Origin: an uncultured delta proteobacterium
Lineage (GTDB): Bacteria; Desulfobacterota; Desulfomonilia; UBA1062
DNA length: 64,000 nt
Direction of reading: 5' to 3'
Assembly: GCA_963785235.1 (NCBI GenBank)
Contig: CAWAUM010000003.1
Coordinates: 384,001-448,000 of the forward strand
The translations under genes were made by a program, and so were the position numbers. Position 1 is the first letter of the stretch; each line of letters opens with the position of its first letter. The notes under the pieces are model-generated. The model searched no databases and was not told the origin of the DNA. It worked only from the letters and a program-made list of their open reading frames with translations. Shown here piece by piece: positions 40,641 through 50,406 of this stretch.

Positions 40641-41336
40641 GTGATGGGGCTGAAAATCGGAGAGATTGCAAAGAAGAGCGGCGTGCCCCCGTCAACAATA
40701 CGGTACTATGTACGGCAAGGACTCCTTCCGGAGCCGGACAAGGTCAACAAGAGCATGGCCTATTATGATGAGCGATGCATAGAAAATATTCTTGCCATCC
40801 GCCATCTTCAGGAACGAAAATATTTTCCTCTGTCGGTGATCAAAAACATCCTGAGGAGAATGGACCAGGGACTCAGTCTGGATGAGGCTGAAGCCATCGA
40901 GGATGCTGTCTTTGGGGCCCAACCCGAGACACCCGATAATGTTATGGACAAGGCACAGTTCCTTGATGCATCCGGACTTACGAACGATGAACTCCTCACT
41001 GCCCTTAAAATCGGGCTTATGATACCTTACCTCCAGGAAAAAGGACGCACCCTTTATAATCAGGAAGATGTCCGTTTTGCCAGGGAGGTCCTTAAGAAGA
41101 TCATCTCCTTTGGTCAGGATCTCCATGAGTTGAGCTTTTATGTGGAACTGGGAAAACAGATTGTCGACCACGAAATGAACCTTCGAAAGGTTGCTGTCAA
41201 AGGGAAAACGCAGCAGGAAAATATCCGCGTCACAACTGAGATTTCAAAGATGGCGGATCTCCTGAGGGGTTACATCATCCGGAGACTATTCCAGAGAAGG
41301 GTTCAGGCTGTTATCCAGAAGAGTCTGAGCGAATGA
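40641..41336 (+). CDS. MerR-family transcriptional regulator with duplicated HTH
   Basis: KIGEIAKKSGVPPSTIRYYVRQGLLP; second degenerate HTH (FLDASGLT..GLMIP..YNQED). Confidence 0.88.
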   Translation: MMGLKIGEIAKKSGVPPSTIRYYVRQGLLPEPDKVNKSMAYYDERCIENILAIRHLQERKYFPLSVIKNILRRMDQGLSLDEAEAIEDAVFGAQPETPDNVMDKAQFLDASGLTNDELLTALKIGLMIPYLQEKGRTLYNQEDVRFAREVLKKIISFGQDLHELSFYVELGKQIVDHEMNLRKVAVKGKTQQENIRVTTEISKMADLLRGYIIRRLFQRRVQAVIQKSLSE

Positions 41337-41736
41337 TGCCCCCGGTATGCGAGGAATATTACGGTAAAGATAGTTGAACCTGGATACTTTTTTTCCATAA
41401 ATTATGTAATTCTTTTCCAATGTTCTTGAAGATTTATTGGTGTGCCGTCATAACGCACCGAATTTTCAAGCCCATGCATTGAGCATGAATCTTGCAACAC
41501 AAGCATATGATTGCTTTTTTTGTGATGTATCCGGTTACGTTTTTCATTTAGGGTAGCATCTCTTCATGGAGGGAATGAAACGGGGACAGAAATAAATCCA
41601 TAAATATCTGCACCCCACAATAAGCATGTTTGTCTTTGTCTGTTCAGGGCATATGGATAAAGGCAACCATTACTTTAGAACTATGCTGCAGATACAATAC
41701 AAAGCGATATAAGTTATAAGGCAGAAAGGACATACA

Positions 41737-43013
41737 ATGATGCAGCATCTTCTCCTGGGAATACGTACTCGCATGATCCTTATCATGGGTATGAGCGCAC
41801 TATTCTCTCTCCTACTCGGGATCACGGGATGCAGCCAAGGAGGGGGTGGGCCTGCCGTATTTAAAGCTGAAGGTACTTATAAAACCGGATTTTTCGTTGA
41901 TAGCCCGGTACAAGGTCTTCAGTACCGATCTATTACCTGGTCAGGCACAACGGATTCACAAGGGAGTTTTAAATATCATGATGGAGAACAAATAACCTTT
42001 TTCATCGGTGGTGTCGTCCTTGGCAGCACACAGGCCAAAGGCATTATCACCCCGGACGATCTATACAGCTCTTCTCAACCAAACTTCAGCACAGAAGCCA
42101 TTAATATAAGCCGGTTTCTTCTGTCCCTTGATGAAGACCTCAATCCTGATAACGGCATCTTAATTCCCCAGAGTGTCACTGATGCCCTGAAGGACATCGA
42201 AGTGGATTTTTCAAACCCTGATCTAGACAATGATGCTGGTGTACAAGAGATGTTCGAAATATTAAATGGCAGCGGAATCTACCCCGAAGAAGAAACCCGA
42301 GGCCTTGTATCTTCCGAGGATGCGCAAATCCATCTGGAAAATACCGTAAACCAGATTGCACAAGCGGAAGCAGAGGCGGAAGATGCGCTTTCAAACTTAG
42401 AACTCCACGCATCCATAGATTTACTATATTCAAGCATCATAATGGTTGAAGGCCAGTCATTAAACCTGCAGGGTTCAGTCTATGGCGGTAAGGCTCCATA
42501 CACCTATTCCTGGCAAATCAATGATAAACCGTTCTCCACAAAGCAGAGTCCTGGTAATTATCCCTTCAAGACACAAGGTTCATATACCCTCACCTTTACA
42601 TCATCCGACAGCACCGGCGATAAAAAGACGGATGTGCGCCACATTACCGTTTTAGGACCAGAGACCCAGGAAGGCCCAATCGATAGTGATCCATCCCCAC
42701 TGCCTCGATCATCTCACCCTCTGGAGGGACAACAATTAAAGCAGGGAGCACCGTGGATTTCCAGGCAATGATTTATAACGGAAATGTTCCGTTATATTAT
42801 GGATGGCTTCTGGGGGCTGTTCCGGGAAATTCCTATAATCCCAGAATGAGTCAGAAGTTCATACATTTCAACCTCGAACCTATATGATAACACAGGGCAT
42901 AACCCTAAATGTCTCCAGGGACATATTCTATTACTCTTGTAGTAAAGGATACTGCTCAAGGGGGTAAAACCCCTGATGATCATGCCGCGAGTGTATTGAT
43001 TACGGTTAAGTAG
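41737..43013 (+). CDS. Surface lipoprotein with PKD-like domains; frameshifts after about 42690
   Basis: Lipobox ITG-C, GFFVDSPVQGLQY, LDED.NPDNGI.I, GGKAPYTYSW; coding-like sequence continues in other frames to ..LITVK* at 43013. Confidence 0.65.
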
Positions 43014-43085
43014 GCACACAGGTGATGCCTTCTTTAATTACCGGCTATCTTCACCGTCATGTTCAAATCGTAAAGAAAACTGATC

Positions 43086-43134
43086 TTGACAATGCCGCGA
43101 TTTATCCAGTATAAAACCTTATAGTTTAACTTTA
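43086..43134 (+). promoter_or_regulatory. Sigma70-like promoter plus the same operator palindrome
   Basis: TTGACA at 43086, TATAAA at 43110, TATAGTTTAACTTTA at 43120-43134; same 34-nt offset from the -35 as at 40576. Confidence 0.7.
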
Positions 43135-43208
43135 ATCTTTACAACTTACACGGAGCATTATCGAAAGGTAGTCCTCTTTATGAAAAACAAATCTTAGGGG
43201 AGTCACGC

Positions 43209-44348
43209 ATGAAAACACGCATAACTGAGCTCTTCGGCATCAAGCATCCCATTGTCCTTTCAGGCATGAGCTGGATCAGCGTACCGAAGATGGTTGCGGC
43301 CGTATCCAATGCAGGCGGCCTGGGTATTCTTGCCACCGGCCCGTTCGATGCCGAACAGACAAGAGCTGCCATCAAGGAAATCAAATCGCTTACCAACAAG
43401 CCCTTCGGCACCAATACCACCCTTCTCTTTCCCGGTGCGGCTGATAATGCACGGGTGGCACTTGAAGAAAAGGTTCCTGTCATCAACTTCTCCCTGGGCA
43501 AAGGCGACTGGATCGTGAAGGCCGCGCATCAATATGGCGGCAAAGTCGTTGCAACGGTAGTCAACCATAAGCATGCAAAACGCGCCCAGGACTATGGGTG
43601 TGATGCGCTGCTCGTTACCGGCCATGAAGCCGCAGCCCATGGCGGAGATGCCACCACCTTCTGCCTCGTTCCGAGTATAGCGAATGCAGTCACCATTCCC
43701 ATCATAGCAGCAGGTGGTATTGCAGACGGAAGAGGACTCGCTGCAGCCATTGCGCTGGGCGCAGATGCCGCTGCCATGGGGACCAGGCTTATGACAACCA
43801 AAGAAAGCCCTCTCCATGATAATTATAAACAGCTCTCCATCCAGAAAGAAGTTTATGATACACTGTATTCCACCCGTTTTGACGGCCTTGGCTGCAGGGT
43901 GCTTGATACCAAGGCAGCCAGAAATGCCGTCCGTCAGGGGCTGAACATCAGAAAACTCATTGAGGCCCTTCCCAATTCAGTCGGCATTGCCAATCAGCTC
44001 CACCTTCCCTACTTCAAGCTCTTTCTGGGTGTCATGGCCTCAGGATGGAAGAACGCCAGACAGCTGGCCTTCATGGCAAATGCCTTCAAGGCGATTCGCA
44101 TTGCCACCGAGGATGGCGACATTCAAAAGGGCGTGCTTCCCGTAGGTCAGGTAACCGGCTTGATGAGAGATATCCCGACAGTTGCAGAGGCCATCGAGCG
44201 TACAGTGAAAGAGGCAGAAGAGATAGCCATGAATCTCGCAAAGATGGCAAATGGTTCTGTAGAGTTCTTAGCAGCTGATGCCCCAAAGGCTAAGCGTACA
44301 AAAACTCCCAGGAAGACTGCATCAAAGAAGAAGACCAGCGAGATTTAA
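43209..44348 (+). CDS. Nitronate monooxygenase / FabK-like flavoenzyme
   Basis: MKTRITELFGIKHPI, AAVSNAGGLG, GHEAAAH, AAGGIADGRG, MGTR, GQV.G. Confidence 0.9.
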   Translation: MKTRITELFGIKHPIVLSGMSWISVPKMVAAVSNAGGLGILATGPFDAEQTRAAIKEIKSLTNKPFGTNTTLLFPGAADNARVALEEKVPVINFSLGKGDWIVKAAHQYGGKVVATVVNHKHAKRAQDYGCDALLVTGHEAAAHGGDATTFCLVPSIANAVTIPIIAAGGIADGRGLAAAIALGADAAAMGTRLMTTKESPLHDNYKQLSIQKEVYDTLYSTRFDGLGCRVLDTKAARNAVRQGLNIRKLIEALPNSVGIANQLHLPYFKLFLGVMASGWKNARQLAFMANAFKAIRIATEDGDIQKGVLPVGQVTGLMRDIPTVAEAIERTVKEAEEIAMNLAKMANGSVEFLAADAPKAKRTKTPRKTASKKKTSEI

Positions 44349-44368
44349 TTACCTTTAGAAAACTAATG

Positions 44369-44415
44369 AGCGGTCATGCCCTCCGTATCCGGATAGGGCA
44401 TGACCGCTTTCTTTT
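44369..44415. terminator. Terminator hairpin between convergent flavoenzyme genes
   Basis: AGCGGTCATGCCCT...AGGGCATGACCGCT followed by TTCTTTT. Confidence 0.8.
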
Positions 44416-44423
44416 CTGGAATA

Positions 44424-45413
44424 TTACTGGATGAGGCTTGATGTCTTCTTGAGGCAGGCAATTGCATCATCGTGCATCTTCTTGAGCAGTTCCTTACAGG
44501 TGATAATATCCCTGATATGTCCGATGGACTGCCCTACCATCATAGGTGCGTCTTCAACGTCCCCGGTCTCCCAGGCCTTTTTGATGCGCTGCCCGGCGAT
44601 AAGAGGTATCAGCGCCTCGATCCCTTTTCCCGCAGCTTCAGCGGCAAGCACCTCGGATATGATCCTGTTCTTCAAGGCCCTGCCCTGAAGGCCGATGGTC
44701 TTGCACATAATAGTGGTCTCGTATTCCTGTCGCTTGATGAGCTCCTGCTTGATATTCTCATGAACATCGCATTCTTTTGTGGCAATAAACCTGCTCGCCA
44801 TCATGACGCCTTGCGCCCCAAGGGTTAGTGCTGCAGCAAGGGATCTGCCATCAGCAATGCCTCCCACGGTAACAACAGGGATTTTAATAGAATCAGCAAT
44901 CCTCGGGGTGAGAACCATGGTGGTAACATCATCTCCGAGCGGGTGTCCACCCTCTTCAAACCCTGCGGCATACACACCATCGTATCCGGCCTTTTCGGCA
45001 TGCACCGCATGCCTCACAGAGCCCAGCTTATGGAACAGTTTCACACCGGCATTCTTCAGCTCTTCAAAGGCCTTTTTGCCCAGCGCCTTGTCAAGAGGTG
45101 TACCCGAGACCTCAATCCCTGCAACTTTTTCTTCTGCGCACACCTTGGCATACATGGCATGATGTTCTGATGTAATGCGTACCGATGGGAGAATCGTGAT
45201 GCCCACCATGAATGGCTTGTCTGTAAGCTTCCTCACCTCTTTGATGGCAGCGCGGAACTGCTCTTCGGTTTCATAATTACCGGCCGTGAGATTTCCCATA
45301 CCCCCGGCATTGGAGATGGCTGCGCACAGATTTGGAGTGCAAAGCCACATCATGGCGCCGCAGATAACAGGGTACTCAATGTTGAACATGTCTGTAATGG
45401 CGGTCTTGATCAT
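44424..45413 (-). CDS. Nitronate monooxygenase / FabK-like flavoenzyme (paralog)
   Basis: KTAITDMFNIEYPVI, AAISNAGGMG, GFEEGGHP, GGIADGRS, ASRF, GQSIG. Confidence 0.9.
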   Translation of the reverse strand: MIKTAITDMFNIEYPVICGAMMWLCTPNLCAAISNAGGMGNLTAGNYETEEQFRAAIKEVRKLTDKPFMVGITILPSVRITSEHHAMYAKVCAEEKVAGIEVSGTPLDKALGKKAFEELKNAGVKLFHKLGSVRHAVHAEKAGYDGVYAAGFEEGGHPLGDDVTTMVLTPRIADSIKIPVVTVGGIADGRSLAAALTLGAQGVMMASRFIATKECDVHENIKQELIKRQEYETTIMCKTIGLQGRALKNRIISEVLAAEAAGKGIEALIPLIAGQRIKKAWETGDVEDAPMMVGQSIGHIRDIITCKELLKKMHDDAIACLKKTSSLIQ

Positions 45414-45439
45414 TTCTTCCCCCTAAGAAGATAGTAGGT

Positions 45440-45466
45440 TAAAGTTGTACTTTATGCTTTATACCA
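45440..45466 (-). promoter_or_regulatory. Extended -10 promoter plus third copy of the operator palindrome
   Basis: Minus strand TGG-TATAAA-GCA-TAAAGTACAACTTTA upstream of the 45413 start. Confidence 0.6.
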
Positions 45467-45610
45467 AGTACACTGATCACCCTCCCCAGTCAATATATTT
45501 CTTGTTCTTCTGGAGGGGGAACATTCTTCTTATGAACCTCACTTTATGCATGAGCCACACAGAGGACATTGTCTTGCCACACCCATCCATCAGGGCAAGT
45601 AAAAAATTGA

Positions 45611-45661
45611 ACCATAAAAATCTATTGAGTTCCTCGGAGGAACTCAATAGATTTTTATGGT
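45611..45661. repeat. Perfect 25-bp inverted repeat with 1-nt spacer (51-bp palindrome)
   Basis: ACCATAAAAATCTATTGAGTTCCTC-G-GAGGAACTCAATAGATTTTTATGGT. Confidence 0.95.
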
Positions 45662-45892
45662 CTAAAGTAAGGCTTCCGTATATCATAAATGATCCGTTCA
45701 ACCATGGATGGAGACACACAGGTGAAGTACGCGTGTCCCATAAACAAAACCCAAAGGGTAAGGTGAATAAATAAGGTATGCAAGCATGTGATGAACTATC
45801 ATACCTGCGCCCGCAGTGAAAACAGCAGCATCTTGTTCTTTCATAAACCCTATGGTAGGTATAGCCCGCACATTCCATAGAGGAGGTACATC

Positions 45893-47098
45893 TTGAATTA
45901 CAGATTCCAGGCGAAAGATTATATCATCTTTTTATTAAGTTATGTCTTCTTCTTTCTTTATATAACTGATGCCCGGGCACTCCTTGTCATCCCTGTTGTT
46001 GCAGACATCCCTTCTTGGATTTATCTCATCATTGCGGTCGCACTCAACGCATGGGCACTGCCCTTACCGGGTATCCACCCCAGATTGCCCAAACCGTCTG
46101 AAATCGAGGCATTACCCTCTCCTGGTGAGGCCCCTGCTTTGCCAGGTAAGCCTGCTGAACCAGTAATAAAGGCCCCGCCTAAACCAACACGGGAAGAAAA
46201 ACTCGGTAAAGGATTATCAAAGACCCACAAGGGATTCATTGACAGGATATCCGCCGTATTTAAAAAATCATCCACCATTGATGAAGGTTTGCTTGCCGAT
46301 TTGGAAGAGACCCTCGTGGGAACCGATATCGGGATGAAAACCGCCTATTCCCTTTTCGAGTCCATCAAGAAAAATGCCTCGTCTCTCGACGGTCCTGACT
46401 CAGCCTTAAACGCTATCCGAATCGAGGTCGAGTCCATCCTGAAAAAGTGTGAATCGCCCTTAGAAGTCCCTGAGGGTGTTAAACCTTATGTAATTATGGT
46501 GACCGGGGTAAACGGCTCAGGGAAAACAACTACCATTGCCAAGATCGCCTACCACCTTAAAAACATTGGTAAATCGGTAATAATAGCCTCAGGTGACACT
46601 TTCAGGGCTGCTGCCATTGAACAGCTTGAGCACTGGGCCAACAAGGTAGGAGCCGACTTTGTCAAGGCTCAGGAAGGTGCAGACCCTTCCGCCGTTGCCT
46701 TTGATGGGCTGCAGGCAGCCATTGCCAGGAACCATGACGTTCTCATTATCGATACGGCAGGAAGGCTCCATACCAAAGAAAACCTCATGGAGGAGTTAAA
46801 AAAGACAAAGAAGGTGCTCGGAAAAAAATTTGAAGGCGCCCCCAATGAGATCCTCCTTGTGCTGGATGCCACCATCGGCCAGAATGCCATAGAACAGACC
46901 AGGCAATTCAACAATGCCCTGGGCATTACCGGGATTGCACTCACAAAGCTTGACGGATCATCCAAAGGAGGGGTCATCGTAGGGATCGCCAACGAGTTCG
47001 AGATTCCCATCAGGTTCATCGGCATAGGCGAAGATATGGACGATCTCCAGCCGTTCTATGCGAAAGACTTTGTGAATGCCCTTTTCCTTGACAATTAA
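45893..47098 (+). CDS. ftsY: SRP receptor FtsY with hydrophobic N-terminus and Pro-rich linker
   Basis: GVNGSGKTTT, DTFRAAA, DTAGRLH, DATIGQN, TKLDG, GIGE..DL. Confidence 0.93.
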   Translation: MNYRFQAKDYIIFLLSYVFFFLYITDARALLVIPVVADIPSWIYLIIAVALNAWALPLPGIHPRLPKPSEIEALPSPGEAPALPGKPAEPVIKAPPKPTREEKLGKGLSKTHKGFIDRISAVFKKSSTIDEGLLADLEETLVGTDIGMKTAYSLFESIKKNASSLDGPDSALNAIRIEVESILKKCESPLEVPEGVKPYVIMVTGVNGSGKTTTIAKIAYHLKNIGKSVIIASGDTFRAAAIEQLEHWANKVGADFVKAQEGADPSAVAFDGLQAAIARNHDVLIIDTAGRLHTKENLMEELKKTKKVLGKKFEGAPNEILLVLDATIGQNAIEQTRQFNNALGITGIALTKLDGSSKGGVIVGIANEFEIPIRFIGIGEDMDDLQPFYAKDFVNALFLDN

Positions 47099-47122
47099 AT
47101 AAAGACCCAAGATAGTTAGCTC

Positions 47123-48121
47123 ATGCTGAATATCAATAAGAAAAGGCTCCGGGTCATATTCGATGCCATGAAATCAAAAAGGATCATGGTTGTCGGCGAC
47201 CTCATGCTGGATGAATACATCTGGGGTAAGGTGGACCGCATCTCTCCGGAGGCCCCGGTTCCTGTTGTAGAGGTTCAAAGCGAGCTCTTCAAGCTCGGCG
47301 GCGCCGGCAACGTTGCGAACAATCTCCTGAGCCTCGGGGCAAAGGTGATCATCAATGCAGTAAAAGGCAATGACCGCCATGGCGACATCCTGAAAAATAT
47401 CTTTGAAGACCTTAAAATACCAACAGATTCCATTTTCACCGACCAAAAGCGGTCATCTACGGTAAAAACCAGGATCATCGCCCATACCCAGCAGATTGCA
47501 AGGATCGACAAAGAGGATACATCCCTGATCTCGGAAGCATTGCTGAAAAAACTCGTCTCGTCATTCCGGGATTGCCTGAGCAATATCGATGCACTCATTA
47601 TTTCCGACTACGGGAAAGGCGTGGTGAGCAAAAAACTTATAAATCAGATTGTTCCCCTTGCCCGCCAGAACAGCATCCCCATATGCGTAGACCCCAAGGA
47701 AAGAAATTTTCCGCATTACAAGAACGTAAGCGTCATCACACCTAACATCAAGGAACTGAGCTTTGGTGCAGGGATAAAGATAGAGAATTACGAACACATC
47801 ATCCAGGCTGCCCGGAAGGTTAAGGCCATGCTCGGCTGCGATATGGTTCTGGTGACTCGAGGGGAACATGGGATGAGCCTCTTTACCAAAGACAACACAA
47901 CCACTGACATACCTACCACGGCAAAGGCAGTCTATGATGTAACCGGTGCAGGCGACACGGTTATTGCGTGCTTCACCCTGGCATTGGCTTCAGGGGCAAC
48001 CCCGAAAGAAGCCGCCATCATAGCCAACATCGCAGCAGGGCTTGTAGTTGCAGAGGTCGGGGCGGCAAGCGTGCTATGGGAAAAGCTCTACAAGGTATGC
48101 ATGGAGGAGATAGGTGGGTAA
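47123..48121 (+). CDS. rfaE1: D-glycero-beta-D-manno-heptose-7-phosphate kinase (RfaE domain I / HldA)
   Basis: GDLMLDEY, RISPEAPVPV, GGAGNVA, SDYGKG, DVTGAGDT. Confidence 0.92.
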   Translation: MLNINKKRLRVIFDAMKSKRIMVVGDLMLDEYIWGKVDRISPEAPVPVVEVQSELFKLGGAGNVANNLLSLGAKVIINAVKGNDRHGDILKNIFEDLKIPTDSIFTDQKRSSTVKTRIIAHTQQIARIDKEDTSLISEALLKKLVSSFRDCLSNIDALIISDYGKGVVSKKLINQIVPLARQNSIPICVDPKERNFPHYKNVSVITPNIKELSFGAGIKIENYEHIIQAARKVKAMLGCDMVLVTRGEHGMSLFTKDNTTTDIPTTAKAVYDVTGAGDTVIACFTLALASGATPKEAAIIANIAAGLVVAEVGAASVLWEKLYKVCMEEIGG

Positions 48122-48647
48122 GGTGTCTTATCCCGATAAGGTTATGCTCTTTTGCAGCATGATCTATAACGAGAAGGCGCCTGTGGATCAAGCAGTTTCA
48201 ATGCTCATTGAAAAGTTCGGACAGCCTTACATTACTACTGACTCAACAGCTTTTAACTACACGGACTACTACTGCCGTGAGATGGGATCTCCACTCTATC
48301 GGCTTATCCTCGTATTCTCGGAGCCCGTAGAAAGGGACTCCATGCCTGAGATAAAAACTGAAGCGAATACCATTGAAAACCATTTTCTCGAACAGGGGAA
48401 AAGAAGAATCAATATCGACCCGGGGCTTATCACTCTGGAGAATATTTGCCTTGCCACAACCAAACCCTACACCCATCGTATCTATCTGAGTAAGGGCATA
48501 TGGATTGAGATCACCCTCATTTACAAGGGAGATTCTTATCAGAAACTGGAATGGACCTACCCCGACTATGGTTCGAATGAGCTCATAGAATTCTTCAACG
48601 GTGTTAGGGAACAATACAAGAGGAGGCTAAGATGCCATCAAGCATGA
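48114..48647 (+). CDS. DUF4416-family protein
   Basis: TDYY..EMG, R.INIDPG, LATTK...HRIYL..GI, WTYPDY. Confidence 0.8.
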   Translation: MGKVSYPDKVMLFCSMIYNEKAPVDQAVSMLIEKFGQPYITTDSTAFNYTDYYCREMGSPLYRLILVFSEPVERDSMPEIKTEANTIENHFLEQGKRRINIDPGLITLENICLATTKPYTHRIYLSKGIWIEITLIYKGDSYQKLEWTYPDYGSNELIEFFNGVREQYKRRLRCHQA

Positions 48648-49495
48648 CCGGGTTCGGCCAGGCAGATGTCCATGGTTATCATGTGGAGATCAAGGGGGTC
48701 AACCACCGGTACAAAGACATAAGGGTGAAGATGCCCCGCGATTTATCAGCCTTTGAAATCCTTGTGCGGGACATGATTTCCGAGCATGTAAGCAGGGGAA
48801 AGGTCGATGTGACTCTCACCAGGGACACAGCATCGGGTGCGCAGGAGAAGATGGCCATAAACTGGGAACTTGCAAAGGTCTACTTTGAAGACCTTTCCTC
48901 CATGGCAAAAATCTTCGGAGGTGAAGTGACCTTCCGCGATATCCTCCTCATACCTGGTGTCTTCGGCGAAGCCTCGCCTCAGATGGAAGATCAGTTGCCA
49001 AAAGTCCAGCAGGCAGTACAGCAAGCAATTGAAGTTTTCTTGAGGGCACGGCAGAACGAGGGAACGACCTTAACAAAAGATATTCACACACGGGTTGCCA
49101 ATCTGCTTAGCCTGGCCGCGAGCATGAAAGATCTTGCATCGGATATTACAAACGTATATAGAGATAGGCTGCATGCCAATCTAACGGTGCTTCTCTCAGA
49201 CAAGTCAAGTATGATTGATGCGGTACGTCTGGAGCAGGAAGTGGCGTTGCTGGCTGATAAATGCGATATCACCGAAGAACTGGTAAGACTGAACAGCCAT
49301 ATCCGTGTACTTGAGGAGACAATAGTAAATCAGACAGGACCTATTGGCAGACAAACCGATTTCATCCTTCAGGAAATCAACCGCGAGATAAACACCATCG
49401 GGTCCAAAAGTCAGATTAACGCTCTAAGCCGTATCGTTATTGATGCAAAGACCGAAATGGAAAAAGTCAGAGAGCAGATCCAGAATATTGAATAG
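48632..49495 (+). CDS. yicC: YicC/YloC-family endoribonuclease
   Basis: SMTGFG, VNHRY, RGKV, DITEELVRL, QEINREINTIGSK, REQIQNIE. Confidence 0.92.
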   Translation: MPSSMTGFGQADVHGYHVEIKGVNHRYKDIRVKMPRDLSAFEILVRDMISEHVSRGKVDVTLTRDTASGAQEKMAINWELAKVYFEDLSSMAKIFGGEVTFRDILLIPGVFGEASPQMEDQLPKVQQAVQQAIEVFLRARQNEGTTLTKDIHTRVANLLSLAASMKDLASDITNVYRDRLHANLTVLLSDKSSMIDAVRLEQEVALLADKCDITEELVRLNSHIRVLEETIVNQTGPIGRQTDFILQEINREINTIGSKSQINALSRIVIDAKTEMEKVREQIQNIE

Positions 49496-49522
49496 CTACT
49501 TTGTAGGAAAAGGAGAGTGAGC

Positions 49523-49807
49523 ATGGGCAAGCTTGACACCAGACTGCTTAATATCGGCTTCAACAATGGGGTCGTAGCATCGAGAATCATAGCCATCGTT
49601 AATCCGTCATCATCCCCAATGAAGCGCCTCAGAGAGGAAGCCAGGGAAAGAGGTCAACTTATCGACGCGACCCAGGGAAGAAAGACAAGGTCCATCATCA
49701 TTACCGATAGTTCGCATATTATTTTAAGCGCCATCCAGGCGGAAACTATTTCAAACCGCCTGTCCGACGGCAGCGGCTCGAAAGAGAATATGGCACTGAA
49801 GGAGTAG
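49523..49807 (+). CDS. remA: RemA (DUF370) regulator
   Basis: [38 protein letters not shown]; yicC-remA-gmk synteny. Confidence 0.9.
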   Translation: MGKLDTRLLNIGFNNGVVASRIIAIVNPSSSPMKRLREEARERGQLIDATQGRKTRSIIITDSSHIILSAIQAETISNRLSDGSGSKENMALKE

Positions 49808-50406
49808 TGGTGAGAATCTTCATCTCCGGTCCTTCCGGCGTTGGAAAATCAACTATTATCAAAGAAATACTCGAGAAGAACCCTGGTATAGCACTTTCAG
49901 TTTCCTATACGACCCGTCCCCCAAGGACGCTCGAGAAAGACGGTGTTGACTATTTCTTTATCTCAAAGGAATCATTTGAAAAGATGATTCTTTCGGAGAC
50001 ATTCCTTGAATGGGCCCGCGTGCATGACCAATTCTACGGCACATCCTTAGAATGGATCCAATCCAAAGAACAAGAGGGGTTCCATATCCTGTTTGATATA
50101 GATGTCCAAGGCGTTATTCAAGCAAAAGAAAAGGCATCACCAGGATGCTTCATATTCATTATCCCTCCCGACATGGAGGAACTTGCCAGACGCCTGCGCG
50201 GCCGGGGCACGGAAGATCCTGGGGCAGTAAAACTCAGGCTTGAAAATGCAAGAAAAGAACTTTCCTATTGGGACATGTATGACTATCTTGTGGTGAATGA
50301 CACCATTGACAAGACAGTTGAGGACATCAACTCCATAGTGAATGCATATAAATCCTCAAAAGAGGTTGTAATCGGAGAACTGCCATGGATCAAAACAATC
50401 GTATAA
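49807..50406 (+). CDS. gmk: Guanylate kinase
   Basis: SGPSGVGKST, SYTTRPPR, DYFF, YGT, DIDVQG, RGTE. Confidence 0.95.
   Translation: MVRIFISGPSGVGKSTIIKEILEKNPGIALSVSYTTRPPRTLEKDGVDYFFISKESFEKMILSETFLEWARVHDQFYGTSLEWIQSKEQEGFHILFDIDVQGVIQAKEKASPGCFIFIIPPDMEELARRLRGRGTEDPGAVKLRLENARKELSYWDMYDYLVVNDTIDKTVEDINSIVNAYKSSKEVVIGELPWIKTIV

Noticed and set aside
41479-41497. Sigma54-like TTGAGCATGAATCTTGCA upstream of the PKD lipoprotein gene
   Set aside because: Lacks the invariant GG unless a base is assumed to be a sequencing insertion
45445-45878. ORFs 45445-45774 (+) and 45477-45878 (-) sharing the peptide HKNLLSSSEELNRFLW
   Set aside because: The identical peptide on both strands is a consequence of the 51-bp palindrome; no other coding evidence
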